Shown: in pieces, positions 24,216-25,090 of the stretch
Layout of the letters: each line of letters begins with the position of its first letter
Numbering within the stretch: position 1 is the first letter of the stretch
From: a virus
Lineage: Duplodnaviria > Caudoviricetes
DNA length: 25,090 bases
Strand: one strand, 5' to 3'
IMG/VR virus record: IMGVR_UViG_3300030376_006624
Location: 1 to 25,090 of that record
Position numbers and translations under genes: made by a program
Notes under the pieces: model-generated
Database searches by the model: none
Seen by the model: the letters and a program-made list of their open reading frames with translations, nothing else
What the model was told of the DNA's origin: nothing

Positions 24216-25090
24216 TCTGCTTTTAGCTTCAGCTTCAGAGAATAGGTATTTGAATTGTTTGGACCATTCTTTTCGATCTCAATTTGGTCTTTCGTCATCT
24301 TCAAAATCTTATCAAATCTTTCCCTGGTGACTTCGTTATTGGTTTGCTTTTGGAGTAATTCAATTGCTTTGTTTTTTCCGGCAATCGGTTTATCTTTTAA
24401 CAGCTCGAGGAACTTATCGCATAAAGCCTCATTAATCTTTTTTTGGATTGAGGATGTTTGACCTGGCTTTCTGAATTTTGCCTCAAGGTCGGGTTTATGC
24501 TCGAAAAGGGGGAAGGTTTCAGCGGAAAATTCGAGGACTTTTGGAGGTGAGAATGGACAGTTTCGGGAGGTTGTTTCGAGGACTAGGTGTTCCTCCTCCT
24601 CGTGTGAGGTTAGGGTAAGGATAGCATCGGGATCACGGGCAAAGACACCTGAGCCACTTGCTCGGTCGATATGATCAGTTTCTGACTTGTTCCCTTTGGA
24701 GAAGTGGTGGGCAAATACTATGGCGGCACCGGTTTCCTCGGAGAAATCTTCGATTAAGTTTACGATTTCGCCTACTGCCTTGGCATCGTTTTCATCTATA
24801 CCAGTTGCCAGCTTATAGTATGGATCGAGGATAATTAATTCGTAGTTCCTCTTTTCAACTCGGATCTTCGTCAAGAGATCCAACAATTCTGCCCGGTGCC
24901 CTCGTAGTGGCCAATAGTCTAAACGGGGATTCAGAGGTATTTCACCCTTAAAGGTAGCCTTAGCCACTCGTTTAAGTCTGTCCGTACCAAAGAACTTCTT
25001 TAGCTCGAAGTCCAGGTAAAGCACTGTACTCTGCTTAACCGGCATCCCCAGCCACGGCATCCCATTGGATGCGGCGATGGCCAAGTTAAT
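24212..25090 (-). CDS. RepA-like RecA-fold replicative helicase (AAA_25), 5'-truncated
   Basis: VLYLDFEL, Walker B LIILDPYY, AHHFSKG and RASGSGVFARDPDAIL motifs; frame is open to the window end, so Walker A lies outside; C-terminal wHTH-like tail. Confidence 0.85.
   Translation of the reverse strand: MNLAIAASNGMPWLGMPVKQSTVLYLDFELKKFFGTDRLKRVAKATFKGEIPLNPRLDYWPLRGHRAELLDLLTKIRVEKRNYELIILDPYYKLATGIDENDAKAVGEIVNLIEDFSEETGAAIVFAHHFSKGNKSETDHIDRASGSGVFARDPDAILTLTSHEEEEHLVLETTSRNCPFSPPKVLEFSAETFPLFEHKPDLEAKFRKPGQTSSIQKKINEALCDKFLELLKDKPIAGKNKAIELLQKQTNNEVTRERFDKILKMTKDQIEIEKNGPNNSNTYSLKLKLKAE

Noticed and set aside
1-25090. Alternative genetic code, tRNA genes, or a firm host assignment
   Set aside because: TAA, TAG and TGA all end genes cleanly and long ORFs are intact in the standard code. 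No tRNA cloverleaf was noticed. The host cannot be established from this sequence beyond a probable diderm bacterium.

Overview
The whole window is tailed dsDNA phage (Caudoviricetes) with podovirus-like gene order, most resembling uncultured aquatic phages that have a DUF5309/SU10-type major capsid protein. No host genes are recognisable. The minus strand from 20419 to 1 is one morphogenesis operon: large terminase, two HTH proteins, portal, five tiny very basic proteins, a PD-(D/E)XK nuclease, scaffold, major capsid, terminator, head-tail adaptor, tail-fibre/lectin modules, a putative lysis trio, tail nozzle, and three internal virion proteins. The last of these is 3'-truncated and carries a zincin HExxH motif. 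A plus-strand block (20800-23746) holds a probable small terminase, divergent from TerL, and an early-type array of small genes. Three of these genes start inside an identical 28-bp stop/SD/start repeat. A 5'-truncated RepA/AAA_25 helicase on the minus strand ends next to a palindrome-rich, iteron-like segment that is a candidate origin. The most notable observations are a dif-like XerC/XerD site plus IHF-like boxes in the terS/terL divergence, the 28-bp gene-cassette repeats, an ATC start behind a perfect SD, the basic micro-protein cluster, and a u-spanin-like lipoprotein. Family assignments come from motif recognition and synteny by eye, not database searches.
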